IMG/VR virus record: IMGVR_UViG_3300037258_000147
Span: 1 to 64,000 of that record
Direction: 5' to 3' (one strand)
DNA length: 64,000 nucleotides
Origin: a virus
The first letter of the stretch is position 1. Every line of letters begins with the position of its first letter. Below are positions 63,604 to 64,000 of this stretch, piece after piece. Under the pieces are notes generated by a model that was given only the letters and a program-made list of their open reading frames with translations, was not told the origin of the DNA and searched no databases. The translations under genes and the position numbers were made by a program.

Positions 63604-64000
63604 TTTCAGGTTCTTGTGTTAACTACTTAAATAACATTTGAATTCATTGTTATTTATTTAATTACTAATTTTTATTTTAAGTTGTTTGTTATCAGCGAGT
63701 CGATGATTAGGGGTTATTTAAATTTGGTGTTTACTATTTAAATAACATTGTTGTATTTCTGATTGGGGATTTCAAAAGTGTTTTCCCGAGTTTTTGGAGA
63801 CTTTTTAAACTTTTTTGTTTATAACAAAGAAGTTAGGATGTGTTTATCAATTAGTTACTAGGGTCCACTGAGATGAAAGAGAGGTTGCTAGGTCACTGGT
63901 AGCCGCTCGGCACTCCTCAAGGGGGTTAGGCCGCCCGTACCTGGCTTCTCAATCTAGGGTCCCCTAAGTCTTTTGTACTGAGCAACTTAAAACCTTGTCG

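Overview
A 64-kb segment of a large dsDNA tailed phage with a podovirus-like gene set: TerL, portal, scaffold, N4-gp56-type major capsid, two adaptor-like proteins, a nozzle/stabilisation protein and several ejection-type internal proteins, with no tail tube or tape measure recognised. The host is possibly an Acidobacterium (weak inference from the style of the secreted proteins). Bases 1-6100 (+) carry an early/nucleotide-metabolism block: sigma factor, EndoVII, metallophosphoesterase, Nudix, deoxyribosyltransferase-like and dNTP diphosphohydrolase-like genes. Bases 6300-50230 (-) are the virion block; the capsid gene is split by three group I introns that I could splice by hand into a 327-aa ORF. 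Bases 50390-59820 (-) are a 37-gene tRNA array covering all 20 amino acids, interleaved with homing endonucleases and about a dozen unexplained structured RNAs, including two D-armless Arg tRNAs and two tandem circularly permuted tRNA-like domains. Bases 60000-63600 (-) encode a coiled-coil protein with a 3' structured RNA, an HNH, HExxH proteins, an endolysin and a GGQ release-factor-like protein. The most striking unexplained signals are (i) a 15-bp palindrome GTCCR-N5-YGGAC found about 36 times across genes, intergenic DNA, an intron and tRNA variable arms, (ii) the non-canonical tRNA-like RNAs, (iii) an sRNA-like double hairpin displaying anti-Shine-Dalgarno loops, and (iv) tail/appendage proteins with Sec-type signal peptides. 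All calls come from manual reading of the sequence; no searches were run.
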